This document shows, piece by piece, positions 51,285 through 63,655 of a stretch of 64,000 nucleotides of DNA. This stretch comes from Octopus vulgaris (lineage: Eukaryota), in the NCBI GenBank assembly GCA_951406725.2, contig OX597827.1, positions 38,874,001 through 38,938,000 on the forward strand, given 5' to 3'. Each line of letters opens with the position of its first letter. Positions within the stretch are counted from its first letter, which is position 1. The position numbers were made by a program, and so were the translations under genes. A model generated the notes under the pieces. It saw only the letters and a list, made by a program, of their open reading frames with translations. It was not told the DNA's origin and made no database searches.

Positions 51285-51775
51285 TGTGTATCTTCTGTGT
51301 CTTCACTCTAGGGAGTCGGAAATCATTTGTTTTAGTTTCTCCAAGTAGCCCTCATTGGTTGTACAGTGGCAATTTTCTTGGTGGAACAGCTCTGGATTGC
51401 CTTGAACCCTGCTGTTAGTTTCAGGTTATGTGACAATCATTACTGGGAGTAAGTAGTCCAGGCAACTGAGAACAAATGCTCTCTACAGAACCAACAAGGT
51501 TTCTTTTTCTTTTTTGCATTATTTCAGAATTTAGCCACCCAGTTGCTTGCACATTGTTGCCATCTTCGTAGAATGCATACAGAATGATGCTTTATTAACT
51601 CATATGTATCCTTGGATCACACACGAATTGTGACAACAGGATTGCAATAACCCCTAGTTCAGTGCACTGTGGTTGTGATTTGTTTGTGGGCTTACATGTA
51701 GCAGAGCACTTGAAATTTTCCAGCATTGAACTGCATGCTGTTTTCTTCAGTCTTCAGGTTGGCTGTAATTTTGTG
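51285..51775 (-). mobile_element. Decayed CR1/L2-group LINE fragment (post-RT region)
   Basis: Minus-strand motifs EENSMQFNAGKFQVLCY (N.M.FN..KF), L*RAFVLSCLDY (LYKSLVRP.LEY) and AIQSCSTKKI..YLEKLKQM..SLE*RHRRY (Y.ERL..L.L.SLE.RR.R). Confidence 0.75.
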
Positions 51776-52159
51776 TTATCACCAGAGCTCTTAGGAACTA
51801 CATGGAAAGCACTGAAGACTGCCACTGAAGCCACTTTTGGGGTGGGTGAGGGGGGATATATATTTACTTGTACAGTATGGAAGTATAATATGATTTTGAA
51901 GGATTTGACGCAAGGGATTTTCATTTCAGAGGGCAGGTGAAACATGTCACAGACCATGATGTCAGAACCTGTTTGAAAGACACAGAAGATGACTCTGGAT
52001 TCCAAGTGTTAAGAGAACTCATTGGTGACAGTGTGAGAATGATGATGATGATGATGAACCCAAAAATCAAAACTATCTGTTATACGAGAATTCTTTAATA
52101 ATGTCATTTTGTACATTGAATTGTCAAGAGAAATAAATGTTTCAGTAAAATTTTGTTTT

Positions 52160-52607
52160 CTTTCTACAATAGGCACAAGGCCTTGGGGTAGGATGCAAGT
52201 TGATTATATCAATCCCTAGTGTTCAACTGGTCTTTATTTTAGCAACCCCAAAAGGATGAAAGGCAAAGTTGGCCTTCGTAGTACTTGAACTCAGAACATA
52301 AAAGTCAAAACAGACACTGCAAAGCTTTTTGTTCAGGGTACTAACAATTCTGCCAGTTTACCAATTTAATGTTTCAGAAATACTGATTTCAAATTTTGGG
52401 ACAGGGCCAGCAATTTCAGGGAAGTGGGCAAGTCGATTACATTGATACCCCCTCCCCAGTGCTCAGCTGGTACTTATTTCATCGGCCCCCAAGAGGATGA
52501 AAGGCAAAGCTGAGCTTGGCAGAATTTGAACTCAGAATATAAAGATGGATGAAATGCCGCTAAGCATTTTGTCTGTCATGCTAATGATTCTGCCAGCTTG
52601 CTGCCTT
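52160..52607 (-). mobile_element. Two tandem SINE family B copies
   Basis: Two full B-type blocks. Confidence 0.85.
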
Positions 52608-54121
52608 CAACATCTTAGACCCTTAAAGGGACGCACTACCCAATGAGCAGCATTAGCAAATAAAGAAGTGAAAAATGATGCTTCAAGCCAATTCATTTCA
52701 ACCCTGTTGCAGCTGTTAAGCCTGCTGATGATATTGATGAGCCAGCCACCTGCTGGTGACTCACTCCCTCCTCAATTATCTCAGACTTGTATGAGTGGGA
52801 GTTAAGGGCCAGTGAAGCATCATATTTCTACTGACACACAATGACAAGTTGTCACCCCTACATCTACCCCCAACGCCACTACATCAAGCTAATCTGTCTC
52901 CTACCACAGTAAATGAAAAGAATTAACGTTTTAATTTTTACATACTATAATGTTAGCATTCAGATGTTGCTCTGCAGTAAGAAGTTTGCTTCCCAACCAC
53001 ATGGTTCCAGGTTCAGTCCCACTGTTAGGCACCTTGGGGTGTGTCTTTTATTATAGCCCTGGGACTTGTGAGTGAATTTGGTAGATGGGAGCAGAAAGGA
53101 TCACATTACACGCATGCACGCACACACACACACATGTATACGTGAGTATCTGCATGCACTTGTGTCTCCTTGTTTTGGCATAGCATGATAGTTGTAAACG
53201 AGTATCACTGTCACACAAGCAATGTCATTCATTCATTTCCAATACTCTGCAAGAACATGAGTGGGGCCATTATTACCTTACTTGGAAACAAGTGGTGGTT
53301 GGCAACAGGAAGGGTATCTGGTTGTAGAAAATCTGCCATCCAACCCATTCAAGCATGGAAAAATGTACATTAAAACGATGATGATGATGATGATTTTATA
53401 CAATTTTTCGAAGTATCTCAAATGTGAATATCGCTATAATAGCTCATAATACATTGTTCTCAATCATTTTTTACCCATGGACCCACTTTGATTCTTATTT
53501 TACTTGGGTGGACCCTCATAGCCATTTAATGTTTAAAAAATCTTATACTATTTTAATAATTATTATTAGGAATATAAGATAATTGCTAAAATATTTTGTG
53601 CATTGAAGAAGTATAACCAATTTACTATTGCACATTATCTGTAACATTAAAATCTTATATAGATCCCCAAGGGTCATATAGACCATGATTAAGAACTACT
53701 TGGTTAAGAAGTCCCTTGAAAAGAAAAAAGCAATCAGCTGCCTGTGGAATGCAAACCATGCATATATCTCAGATGGTTGTGATATTTCACCAAAGCAACT
53801 TTCTGACTTATAACCATCCAAATTAAATGATTTAAACCTTACAGGTGAGAAAGGAAGTTATTTACATTTAAGGATAATAAAGAAGCATTGAAAAATTTGA
53901 AAATGCGTCACTTTTACAAGGAATCCCATATGAGAATATTGCTGTAAATAATAGCGCATTAATATAATCCAAGTGTGATTTGAGATAAATTTGGCTATTA
54001 TTTCTAGCAGGCTGAACTACTGATATCTCATGACCTAGTGTAGTTTTTTATGTGGTCCTGCCATTCCATAAGAAAAAATCACAAGAATTGCACCGCCTCA
54101 GAAGATTACTTTTACTTACTT

Positions 54122-54490
54122 TTTTACTTGTTTCAGTCATTTGACTGTGGCTATACTGGAGCACCGTGTTTAGTTGAGCAAATCGACCCAGCACTTATTG
54201 TTTGGAAGCCTAGTACTTATTCTATCAGTCTCTTTTGCTGAACCGCCAAGTTACGGGGATGTAAACACACCACCATCGGTTGTCAAGCGATGTTGGGGGG
54301 ACAAACAGACACACACACACATATATACGACGGGCTTCTTTCAGTTTCCATCTACCAAATCCACTCACAAGGCTTTGGTTGGCCCGAGGCTATAGTAGAA
54401 GACACTTGCCCAAGGTCCCACGCAATGGGACTGAACCCGGAACCATGTGGTTGGTAAGCAAGCTACTTACCACACAGCCACTCCTGCACC
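54122..54490 (-). mobile_element. SINE family A (left member of a head-to-head pair)
   Basis: Full-length reverse-complement copy that retains many CpGs, so probably young. Confidence 0.9.
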
Positions 54491-54508
54491 GTATTGAAAA
54501 AAAAAAAA

Positions 54509-54870
54509 GTGCAGGCATGGCTGTGTAAGAAGTTTGCTTCCCAACCATATAGTTCTATGTTCAGTTGCACTGTGTGGCACCTTGGGGCAAGGGTCTTCTA
54601 CTGTAGTCTCAGGCCTTGTAAGATTTGGTAGATGGAAACTGAAAGAAGCCCATTGTGTAAATGTGTATGTGTATGCCTCCCACCACTGCTTGACAACTGG
54701 TATTGGTGTATTTACACCCCCATAACTTAGTGGTTCACCAAAAGAGACCAATAGTATAAGTACCAAGTTGAAAAAAAAAAAGAACTGGGGTTGATTCTTT
54801 TGACTAGAACTCTTCAAAGCAGTGCCTCAACATGGCTGCAGTCTAATGACTGAGACAAGTAAATGGTAAA
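54509..54870 (+). mobile_element. SINE family A (right member of a head-to-head pair)
   Basis: Full-length forward copy about 20 bp from the inverted copy. Confidence 0.88.
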
Positions 54871-55224
54871 AGATATATACAAAGTTCTTTGAGATTGAAA
54901 CAAAGTTCTTTTCCTTGGTGAGGTACCCATATAAGATACCTCACCAGGCGAGGGATAACTACAAGTACCCATATATTGCTAGTATTTTTTTTATTCAGCC
55001 TTTCTTTCACATGCCTTTCTGCTATAGCCATGAAATGTTCTCTGTTATCCCCTGCAATTCATCTATCACTGGTCCTTTATCTTTTCTAGGTTTAATGCAA
55101 GTCAAGTGGGACGTTATGGTTTTTAGGCTACAAAACTCGCAGCATTCACTTGAGTTAATGTACACCTCTATTCACTTACACCATTCAGTCTCTAAGTCTT
55201 TAATATTTTAGGGTCTTCTCAAGG

Positions 55225-55445
55225 CAGCAAAGAAGCTAGCAGAATCATTATCATGCCAAACAAAATGCTTAGAAGCATTTGCTTTATCCTTAAGTTCTGA
55301 GTTCAAATTACACCAAGGTTGACTTTGCCTTTCATACTTTCGGGGTCAATAAAATGATTACCAGTTGAACAACGGAGTTGATGTAATTGACTTAGCCCCA
55401 CCCCCGAAATTGCTGGCCATGTGCCAAAATTTGAAGCCAATATTT
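55225..55445 (+). mobile_element. SINE family B, forward (others at about 15790-15935, 57000-57120, 57380-57572, 57980-58140)
   Basis: GCTAGCAGAATC..AAATGCTTAG..GTTCTGAGTTCAAAT..GACTTTGCCTTTCATACTTTCGGGGTCAATAAA. Confidence 0.82.
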
Positions 55446-56122
55446 TAGGATCTTCTTTCAAGTGTCCTCTCTATATTGCCTTTTCAAGGCACTGTCAACT
55501 CAACAATAAGGATTTACATATAAATATATACGATGGGCTTCTTTCAGTTTCCATCTATCAAATCCACTCACAAGGCTTTGGTTTGGCTGGGGCTATAGTA
55601 GAAGACACTTGCCCAAGGTGCCATGCAGTGGGACTGAACCTAGAACCATGTGGTTTGGAAGTAAGCTTGCATACTTACATATATGTATACATACATACAC
55701 ACAGACATGCTTGCACCTATCTCATTATTATTATTATTATAATTATTATTCATGTACAAGTGTGTGTGTGTTCATTATTTTATCTATTTTAAACAATTTT
55801 AGAAAAACCGAAGCATGTCTTTGACAATTCTGGAATGTATCGAACTTATTTTGTGCATGACTTTTGGCCCAATCTGTATCTATCTATCTATCTATCGAGA
55901 GAGAGAGAGAGAGAGTGAGAGAGAGAGAGAAAGTGAGAGAGAGAGAGAGAAAGAGAGAGGATAGATACATGGATAAGTAAACAAATATTTCATTCTTTGA
56001 CAATAGCATTGAAAAATAAACCTCATAAAAAAAAAAAGGAACGACCTGATATAAAAGGCAAGATAAGAGGGAAAATATATATTAGGATGAAATTGAAACC
56101 CAAACCCAGTAGGTAATCACAA

Positions 56123-56338
56123 TAGCAACATGGTTCCTGTAACACATGCAGATGGAGGAATGGCTGATGTTTGAATTAATAACAGGAATGAAATCGTTAT
56201 TTTTTGATGTAAGGGAGATTATCTATTAGGAACGATTACAAATGGAAGTTAGCAACAAAAATGTTTAGCAACTAACTCATCTTTTATTGCTCTATTAAGC
56301 AACCTGGAAAAAGCCAGGCTGTAGCACCCCTATGATTA

Positions 56339-56378
<40 letters not shown>

Positions 56379-56886
56379 GAGAAGGAATAGGCAACCATGA
56401 TATAATTATGTTTTGTTTAAGGAGACGGGAGGCGAATTATCAGTTTAGCAACTAGGATAAAATTACCTTTAATATAAAGAAGGATTGAAGAGATGGAGTT
56501 GGGGGAAAGTAGTTAGCAACATAGCATAAAATGCTAATTATAAGGAGAGGAAATTATGTGCATGCATACACACACACACAACATACATGTGTATTTATAT
56601 ACATATCAAAGAATTTGGAAGCAAAGAGAATTTGTTAATCGTTGGCCTCTCATCAATATATTTAGGAGGGGATTTATTCTTTATTCTTTGTCTTTTATTG
56701 ATTAAAGATAGAAAAAGTAAAAACCCAAAAAAAAAAAAAAAAAAAAGGAATTATTTTGCAGTCATTAGTAGCAATTATAAAATGCATTTTCTTAGAGGAA
56801 ATGAAATTATAATTTCAAATTGAAATTCAGCTTTCTAGAAACAGTACAAAATTGAATGAGCACCGCTCTCAAAAGTAGAATTATTA

Positions 56887-56926
<40 letters not shown>

Positions 56927-57104
56927 CATCATCAGGAGAATGAGAAGTAAGAGGAAGAGGTTGGTAGGTGGGAGAACCAGTATAGTGGTGGATAAAATGC
57001 CTTGAGGTTATTAACTTACGTCCCTTTATATTCTAAGTTCAAATTCTGCAAACATCAGCCCTGCCTTTCCTTCATTCTTTGGTGATCATTGTTACTATAG
57101 CAAC
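56123..57104. promoter_or_regulatory. Cluster of RFX-type half sites plus a full X-box
   Basis: TAGCAAC at 56123, 56250, 56266, 56446 and 56514; variants at 56227, 56297 and 56388; GTTACTATAGCAAC at 57091-57104. Confidence 0.45.
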
Positions 57105-59257
57105 AACCAAGCACTGGGGGTGGGGAGGGGGGTTGGTTTCAATCCAATTCTGTGTGTGTGTCCTGAAAATTTGCTGAATTGTGCACATGTTAGGCATCAT
57201 TATAAGAATTACAAGGTAAAGCACCAGATTCCGCGCACTATTCCTGTTATGGTTAAGTATGCAACTTCTTTATGTTATAAGTTCAAATCTTACACAGGAA
57301 TCCACTTCCATTTCATCTGGTCTAGGGAATGGGAAGGGTTATGAAGTAACTCAATTATATAAAAATATTATTATTATTAAGACAGTGAGCTGGCAGAATC
57401 GTTACTATGTTGGACAAAATGCTTAGCATTAGTCTTAGTTTAAATTCTGCCAAGCTCGACTTTGCCTTTTACCCTTTCGGGATAAATAAATTAAGTACCA
57501 GTCAAGTACTGGGGTCAATGTTATTGGACTATTCCTCTCCCCACAAATTCCAGTTCTTGTGCCTATAGTAGAAAGCTGGCCCTGTGCCGTCAAAAATGAC
57601 AGCTAATTGTAGTATTTTATATATAAATAACATATATAATAATCAGATACAAACAGTCACATACTTGTCATACATGCACACGTATACTCACAGAAATGAA
57701 ATGCTGTTTAATTTTTCTTTCCAGCATTGAATGTTCACCATCCCACTTCCATTGCACACACACATGAACATTCACATACCTCCCTTTTACACACACACAG
57801 AGTTGAAACGCTGTTTGATTTTTTTCACCATAGAATTTCCATCATCCCACTACCAAGTTTGCCATCACCCCTTCCTTCCTTATTCATCTACCATCCCTCC
57901 TTCCTTCTCATTTATATGTTGTGACGGAGAAAAACAAGAGTATTATTATAGTAGATTATTCGAGGTAGCATATACTGAAAGGTGAAATGGCAGACTCGTT
58001 AACATATTTCTTCCAGCTCTTTACGTTTGGAATTCGAATGCAGCTGAAATTGACTTCACCTTTTATCCTTTTGGGGCTGATAAAATAAAAGTAGAAGTCA
58101 ACGACTGAGGTCAATGCAATTGACTTAACTCCCTTCCCAGTAATCTTAGGACCTGTGCTTACATTGCTGCCACCACCACTGCCATCATCATCATCTGAAG
58201 GGTAATGAAATATCAGAAATAGAATAGCAACAGACTAAATTCCCAACAGTATTTAACTTCTATCTTTGGCAGTTCAAACCCTGCACTTAAAGCTCACTTA
58301 AGCTTTTCGGCTTGAATTTTTACCATGTCTAAAAGTTTGAAAACATAAAGATTAGTGATCACCATTATCCTTCTTAGCACTGTGTGTGTGTGTGGAGAGT
58401 AATTTTAGATTTACTTGAGGCCATTCCTAGCAATAATATCTATTTATCCCCAGCAGACCTCCATTTAATTGCAGTTGGGTGTCTGTAACTGTAAAAGATA
58501 AAGTAAAAGTGGGGGAAAAAAAAAAAAAAAAAAAAAAGAACCCTGAAAAAAAATCAGGGCTCATTTTCTTCTTTGTGACTACTAACAGTATGAAGATATG
58601 TGAGAGAAGTCCGTTGTTTCAAAGAACTAGGTTGGTTTTTCTTTTTAATAGATTATTCATGTTATTGTTACTAATACTACTATTATTATTATTAGTAGCA
58701 GTATCATTATCACCATTAATGAAAATGAAATAAAAAGAAAGCAAAAAAAAAACAACAACCCAAAAAACAAAACAATTGCTGGTCTAATTTCCCAACACAC
58801 ACACACACACACACACACAATACATTCCAAATCTAATGATAATTGGTTTAGCATATTTAGAAAGCAGTATAGATTTGAAACAAAGGCAGAGAAAAAGGAA
58901 AGGTACAATGGGAGAGAGAGAGAGAGAAGAATAGACGCAAATAAACAGGCTGGAAAGCAGTGAAACAAACCTACAAAAGACAAATGATAAATTAATGCCT
59001 ACTAAGAAACTGTGTCTTGGACAAATGAACTGTGTATTTTTTTTTTTGTGTTTTTGTTTTTTAGTTATCATTTATTTTTGGTGGGAAAGACAAATGTGAG
59101 TGTCAAATCACCTCATAGTTATGGATTTAGAAACAAGTCCCCTTTTACAAAAGCTGAGACTATTCTCTGCCATTCACTTACTGAAATATATTACATACTA
59201 ATGAAATAAATAGTCACTATGATGAGGATGATGATGATAAAAAATAAGAAGAATAAT

Positions 59258-60126
59258 AATCCTTTTTACTATAGGCACAAGGGGCCTGAAATTGATCCTA
59301 ATACTCAACTGGTCCTTATTTCATTGATCCCAAAATGACGAAATGGCTTTTGAACATAGAACATGAAGAAAGTGAAAATGCTACAAAGCATTTTGTCCAA
59401 TATGCAATAATAATATTAATAATAATAATAATAATAATTATGATGATGATGATCCTTTCTGCTATAGGCAGAAGGCTTGAAAATTTAGCAGGAGGGGGTT
59501 GGTCCAATATTTATTTCACTGGTACTTAATTTATCAACCTCGAAAGGACGAAAAGTAAAGTTAACTTCAGTGGAATTTGGACTCAGAATGTAAAGACTGA
59601 GAAAACGTGGCTAAGTATTTTGTCTGTCATGCAATAATAATAATAGTACATCGCCTGGCCCCGTGCCGGTGACACGTAAAAGCACCATCCGTTCGTGGCC
59701 GTTCGCCAGCTCTGTCTGGCACCTGTGCAGGTGGCACGTAAAAAAACACCCACTACACTCGCGAAGTGGTTGGCGTTAGGAAGGGCATCCAGCCGTAGAA
59801 ACACTGCCAAATCTGACTGGGCCTGACGAAGCCTTCCAGCTTCACAGACCCCAGTTGACCCGTCCAACCCATGCTAGCATGGAAAGTGGACACTAAATGA
59901 TGATGATGATGATCCTTTCTGCTATAAGCACAAGGCCTGAAATTTTGGTGGAGGGGGCCAGTCAATTAGATCAGCATCAGTACGAAACTGGTACTTAATT
60001 TATTGACCCCGAAAGGATGAAAGTAAAGTCAACCTTGGTGGAATTTGAATTCAGAACGTAGTGACAGGTGAAATACAGCTAAGCATTTTGTCCATCATGC
60101 TAACAATTCTTCCAGCTTGCCACCTA
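59258..60126. mobile_element. SINE pile-up: B(-), B(-), C(+), B(-) separated by AAT/GAT microsatellites
   Basis: B blocks at about 59258-59405, 59452-59633 and 59912-60126. C block at about 59645-59912 with AGGAAGGGCATCC and a (GAT)n tail. Confidence 0.85.
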
Positions 60127-60700
60127 ATAATAATAATAATAATAATGAATGCCCTGATGCAGTACCTGGCAGTGGCTCTCATGGCTCCTTATCTTAACTG
60201 AGTGGAGGTGTTATCATGTACATGTCTTGTCTTGATATGAAAGACAGGCTACAGCAAATATTCTGCTCAATACCACAGATTTGCTTGTCAGTTGTTTGAC
60301 CATAACCAGTTGAGCATCTCCCTTAGTGGCTAATGATATGTGAATTTCTGATCACAAGCAGAAGTAGTGGGAGAGCACCATAGCCATGTATTGAGAGGAA
60401 TTCTTTGGGGTTTGGATAATTCACCTCTGGAAACATGGGTGTTTCATTCAACATCTTCAAACAACCCTTATTCAGGGACCTTTTGAGCGGGACGAGCTAC
60501 TCAACCTGAAGAAAATTCTAACTGGGTCCCACCTGCAAGGTTATGCGCTGTTTAGCTTGGAACGAGATCACCATGTTGCACACATATGGTCGTGATGCAT
60601 GTGCCTAGTGTACCCTTATCAGACGGGTAGTCATGATGGGTATACTGGGCTTCGTATATTTTACCCCAGTGTCACTTTGCTGCTAAGTATTTTAGTATGC

Positions 60701-60738
<38 letters not shown>

Positions 60739-63240
60739 TAATAATACTTTCTTCCCATTTGGCATGGTTTCTATGGTTGGATGCCCTTATTAGCACCAAC
60801 CATTGCAGAGAGTACACTGGGTGATTTTTATGTGGTAGGGACACAAGTGAGGTCACCAAGTAACTTGCAACACAAGACACCTCAACTGAGGGGTGTGTAG
60901 TATAATATGTGAGTATGTTTTAGCCCAAAGGCTGTGGCCATGCTGGGGCACTGCCAGTATTACCACATTTTGAATGGCCGTTCTCTTGTGATTGGCTTGT
61001 GTGAAGGAGGCAGCTTGATAATGCTAGCCTCTTTCGAATTTCTTGTCGTGAAGTATGTTAAGGCATTAATGCCCTTGCTGTCGCACCTGTTTTTTCAAGC
61101 AAGGGATCCACTTATTCCAATAGTTTTGAAGGTATGAAGCAAGTGGACGATTTGTTGATAGGAGAAGTGACAATAAACATCACCGCTCATAGCCCACGAC
61201 TTTCGTAGAAGTGCGCACAAATGTAAACAAGCACAAAGACACAGGCACACTTCCATGAACCAAACCCACTTATAAGGTTTCGCTCAGTCTGGGGCTACAG
61301 TACAAGACACTTGTTCAAGGCATCATGCTGTGGGACAGAATCCAAAAGCATGTACATGGCTAGGAAGAGAACTTCTTAACCATTGAGAAACGATAGGTTA
61401 ATAGACATGGTTGTGTGGTTCAAATATTTGCTGCACAACCGACAAGTATTTTCTGAGATAGCATCAGGTTGACCATTATTTGTGTGTATGTGTTTGTATA
61501 TATATACACACACACACATATCACCGATAAGAGTATGTCAAAGCAACACAAGCCAATAAACGTAGGTTACTTCCCCTTACGTTAACGTTGACTGGGCTTT
61601 TCATCTCGCGAGTTGGGATTAAGTGTAGACTGTAGGTTTTTCAGTTTCGATCAATCAATTTGACCTCCGATCATCATCAGGTGTCTTGTTCCTTATGATG
61701 AGTTCATATTGTCGTACTTTATTCCTAAACCAAGATTAACAACGTTGTTATTCAGTATGCCAATGACACGTGCATCATTTGTATATAAACGAAGATTCCT
61801 AGGTTGAATCTAGCCAGGTATTTATATAACGCATCAGAGAATGATGTTTGGTGAATTAACCATCGATTAATTAATTCATCGCCAATATCCATATAAGAAT
61901 GTCATCAGGTTATTTAATGGTGTTTAAACACGCTATTAAACTGACGTTAAGAAATATAAACGTAGAGTATATATATTTCTTTATTGCCCTCAAGGGGCTA
62001 AACATAGAAGGGACAAAGGGATTAAGTCGATTACATCGACCCCAGTGTGAAACTGGTACTTTATTTATCGACCCCGAAAAGATGAAAGGCAAAGTCAACC
62101 TCGGCGGAATTTGAACTCAGAACGTGGTGTGACTTGATATGAAGCTTACTTCCCAACCACACGGTTAAGCACCGGACTTGTATTGGGGTCGACTAAAAAT
62201 TCTTCAAGGCGGTGCCCCATTATGGCCGCAGCCTAAACGACTGAAACACGTAACAGTAAAAATATAGGTTCTTTATTATTTACTTGTTTCAGTCAGTGGA
62301 GTGCGGCCATGCTGGAGCACGGCTTCGAAAGGTTTAGTTAAACAAATCGACCCCAATAATTCTGATTTGTTGCTTTTAAAGGTCTGATACTTATTCTATC
62401 AGTTGTCAAATAGTAGACACACACACATGGCGGGCTTCCACACAGTTTCTGTCTAGCAAATTCACTCTCAATGCATTGTGGGCCAGGAGCTACAATGGAA
62501 AACAGTTATTGAACCGAAAACCACGTAGGTGCAGAGCGAGGGGGCAAGACTTCCGCCCGTCCGCCCCCAAAACCAGCCTTTAAAATTTTTTTTTATCGAC
62601 ACAACCCCCCACCTTTTCGGCTACGGGGAATACGAATCTGCAAAAAAATTGGCAAAAATCGACATTTCTAAATTACCACCCTCACACCCATTTCCTTCAT
62701 TTTAAACTTTTTTTTACGTATTTCACAAAAACAAAAAAAAATTCTAAAAAAAATTTTGGACTGCTGATTTTTTTTTTTTTTTTTGCAGATTCGGAATCTC
62801 CGCAGTCGAAATATATATTTTATTTCTGTAATATATACTAAAAAGTTAATTCTGAAGAGAAACCAAAATGTCACCTAACATCAGTTGCGACAGGTCAAAG
62901 GGAGGTAACTCAGAGTAATTTACAATAGCAACTGTGTGTAGGACAAAATCATTCACATGAATTGGCGCTAGTTTCACAGTGGTTAAGTAAATAAGAGCCT
63001 AATACCTCAAAGGAAAGGACAACATTCTCTCACCCATAACATTTCCTGTAGACTAAACAATATTTAGCGCCGATATTCAACTAAACCCTTACTAAATTGT
63101 ATAGCTTTAGAATTATAGTGTCACCTTATGGGAAAAACTTGTGCACTGGTGGATCGATCGAAAAAGAGATAAGTATCTTGGGTACAGACTTTTAGTTCAT
63201 TCTAAGTTACTCTATTGACTCAACGGTCCATGCTAACACT

Positions 63241-63655
63241 GGATCTTTTCGGTTTGACCGGCAGATTTAAAAAATAATTTTCACGTAACTAAACACTTTT
63301 AAACTTCGCATACTGGTAGAATGTGTTTATAAAACATCTTTTTCTCTTGTCTTTATTGAGAAAATTCTATAGTTTGTAAGATATTTGTTGTTTTTTTTCC
63401 TTCAATTTCTGTAAGTTCAACCAATCAATGCCGTCTATTGAGGTGAAAACATTCTGTGCCGTATGAATATGTCCCTCGTTTAAGAAACAGATTGGGTTTA
63501 TTTACATTTCTGAAGAAAAAAAGAAAACCTTCCCCTACCCCTAACCAACCCTAAAACAGATTGAAATGCAATAGATCGATACTAGGGTCATAATTATGGG
63601 TGACAATTTCATATGACACCGCTAGAAAAAACAGCCGTTCAAACCGAAAAGATCC
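63241..63655. mobile_element. MITE-like element with ~22-bp TIRs
   Basis: GGATCTTTTCGGTTTGACCGGC / GCCGTTCAAACCGAAAAGATCC, with internal CCCTAACC-type repeats at about 63532-63554. No clear TSD. Confidence 0.7.
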
